DNA from: Scyliorhinus canicula
Taxonomy: Eukaryota
NCBI RefSeq assembly: GCF_902713615.1
Contig: NW_024055760.1
Span: 186,001-250,000, forward strand
Direction of reading: 5' to 3'
DNA length: 64,000 nt
The notes beneath the pieces are model-generated. The model searched no databases, was not told the origin of the DNA, and was given only the letters and a program-made list of their open reading frames with translations. Positions within the stretch are counted from its first letter, which is position 1. The number at the start of each line of letters is the position of its first letter. Positions 62,814 to 64,000 of the stretch are shown piece after piece. Position numbers and translations under genes: made by a program.

Positions 62814-64000
62814 CCGCAAAAAGAGCTAAAGCACACTGTCATTGCCATCGAAAATCAATCTAACATCTGCGGAGAAGGCCAAAATTACTGCAACATCTCA
62901 GGTAGTCAGGCGGCATTTGTCGACAGGACAACAAAGTTCGTCTTTCACCATCACCTTTCATTAAAACCGGGACAGGTTAGAAATGTGGTACGTCTTAACC
63001 AAGTGAATTACCGGAGGGAGGAAACAGAACAACAGGAAAGGGCTCTAATGGGGGGCAAGTCAGGAGAGATTAAATGAGAAGAGGCCTTGGGACCCTGGCC
63101 ACAGAGTTAGGTTGGCATCGAATCAGAGAATAATGACACCACAGTATGAGGCCATTCCGGCCGCCGTGTCTGTGCCAGCTCTCTGTTAGCGCAATGGAAG
63201 GAAACAAAGAAACAAAAGATATGTCTGGAGGAGCTATCGATGGCATATTGATCAACAACTACCGCCCGGACACAAAGAACAAGTGGAAACAAGATTGAAT
63301 CCCAAATCTGCGATGGAAGGACACACAAAATGGGTGCAGCATTTACAGTGTGAAACTACTGAACACACACTGAGTGTGAAAGCTGTATTGAGCCCAGTGG
63401 AAAGATGCGCTGCTGTTCCTCGAGTGGCTGTTGAGCTTCTTTGGAACATTTCACGACGCCGAGGTCCGGGAGGTCAGCGTTAAGATCCAGCTCCCCAGTC
63501 AGTTCAATTCTCCACTTTGGCTCTGTGGATTAGATGGGTCACGTCCCTGTGGTTAACACAGATCTGGAGCATCAATTTTATCCAAACGCACTCCAGCTCA
63601 GACACTGTCTCTCTCTCTCTCTCTCTCTCTAGCATCATCTGTGGGGAGAGAAACGACGTAAACATTCCGAGTCCTGAGAAATCTTTTTCAGAGTGGGCCA
63701 ATGTAAATCAACCCCGCCGTCAGCATCGCAAACAATTCGTAATCTCTGACCTGGAGTAAAGAGCCTGTCCTGGATTTAAACCCACGACCACTCCCATAGG
63801 CATTGATTGAAAATCCTTAAACGAGAACCAGACCTCGAGACCAAAGAGCACAAATTTAAGACCGATATTCAGCAAAATATAATTTATGTTAATTTCGATA
63901 TAATTTCTACATCTCACGGCTTTATATGTTGAGACATCTGTTAATTTAAGAAACAGCTGTCGCTTGCAACAAGGGACCTGGCCTCTCAAACAGACCATCA

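Larger units (their letters stand above)
35027..64000. repeat. Tandem tRNA gene array, unit ~2.45 kb; rearranged border unit followed by ~11 near-identical units, continuing past the window end
   Basis: Val starts at 37094, 39536, 41974, 44426, 46887, 49339, 51796, 54246, 56698, 59147, 61601 (spacing 2438-2461 bp). Confidence 0.97.

Noticed and set aside
38086-63077. Recurring 128-aa, 103-aa and 65-aa ORFs in the array
   Set aside because: They overlap tRNA genes antisense, start from non-ATG codons, are broken by indels between units, and show no recognisable domain.

Overview
Eukaryotic DNA, most likely from a cartilaginous fish (inferred from HE1/V-SINE-like SINEs, CR1 LINEs with (CATAGAA)n-type tails, and Penelope relics). 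The window has three zones. (1) About 1-27 kb is a T-cell receptor alpha/delta-type V-segment cluster. It holds three apparently intact V segments with RSS (1490-1910 +, 2915-3247 -, 15997-16833 +), several V pseudogenes and an orphan leader, all interrupted by CR1, SINE and L1 elements, including one full-length L1 with a 15-bp TSD. (2) About 30.4-35 kb holds diverged, mostly inverted tRNA-Val/tRNA-Arg units plus Penelope relics, one with a minimal hammerhead motif. (3) About 35 kb to the window end is a homogenised ~2.45-kb tandem array. Each unit carries tRNA-Val(CAC) on +, a tRNA-Pro(TGG) on - with an 18-nt intron at the canonical 37/38 site, and a degenerate second tRNA-Pro-like gene with a different 18-nt intron at the same site. 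The intron-containing tRNA-Pro array next to the TCR V cluster is the strongest candidate for something undescribed. All analysis was by eye; no searches were run, and boundaries of degraded repeats are approximate.
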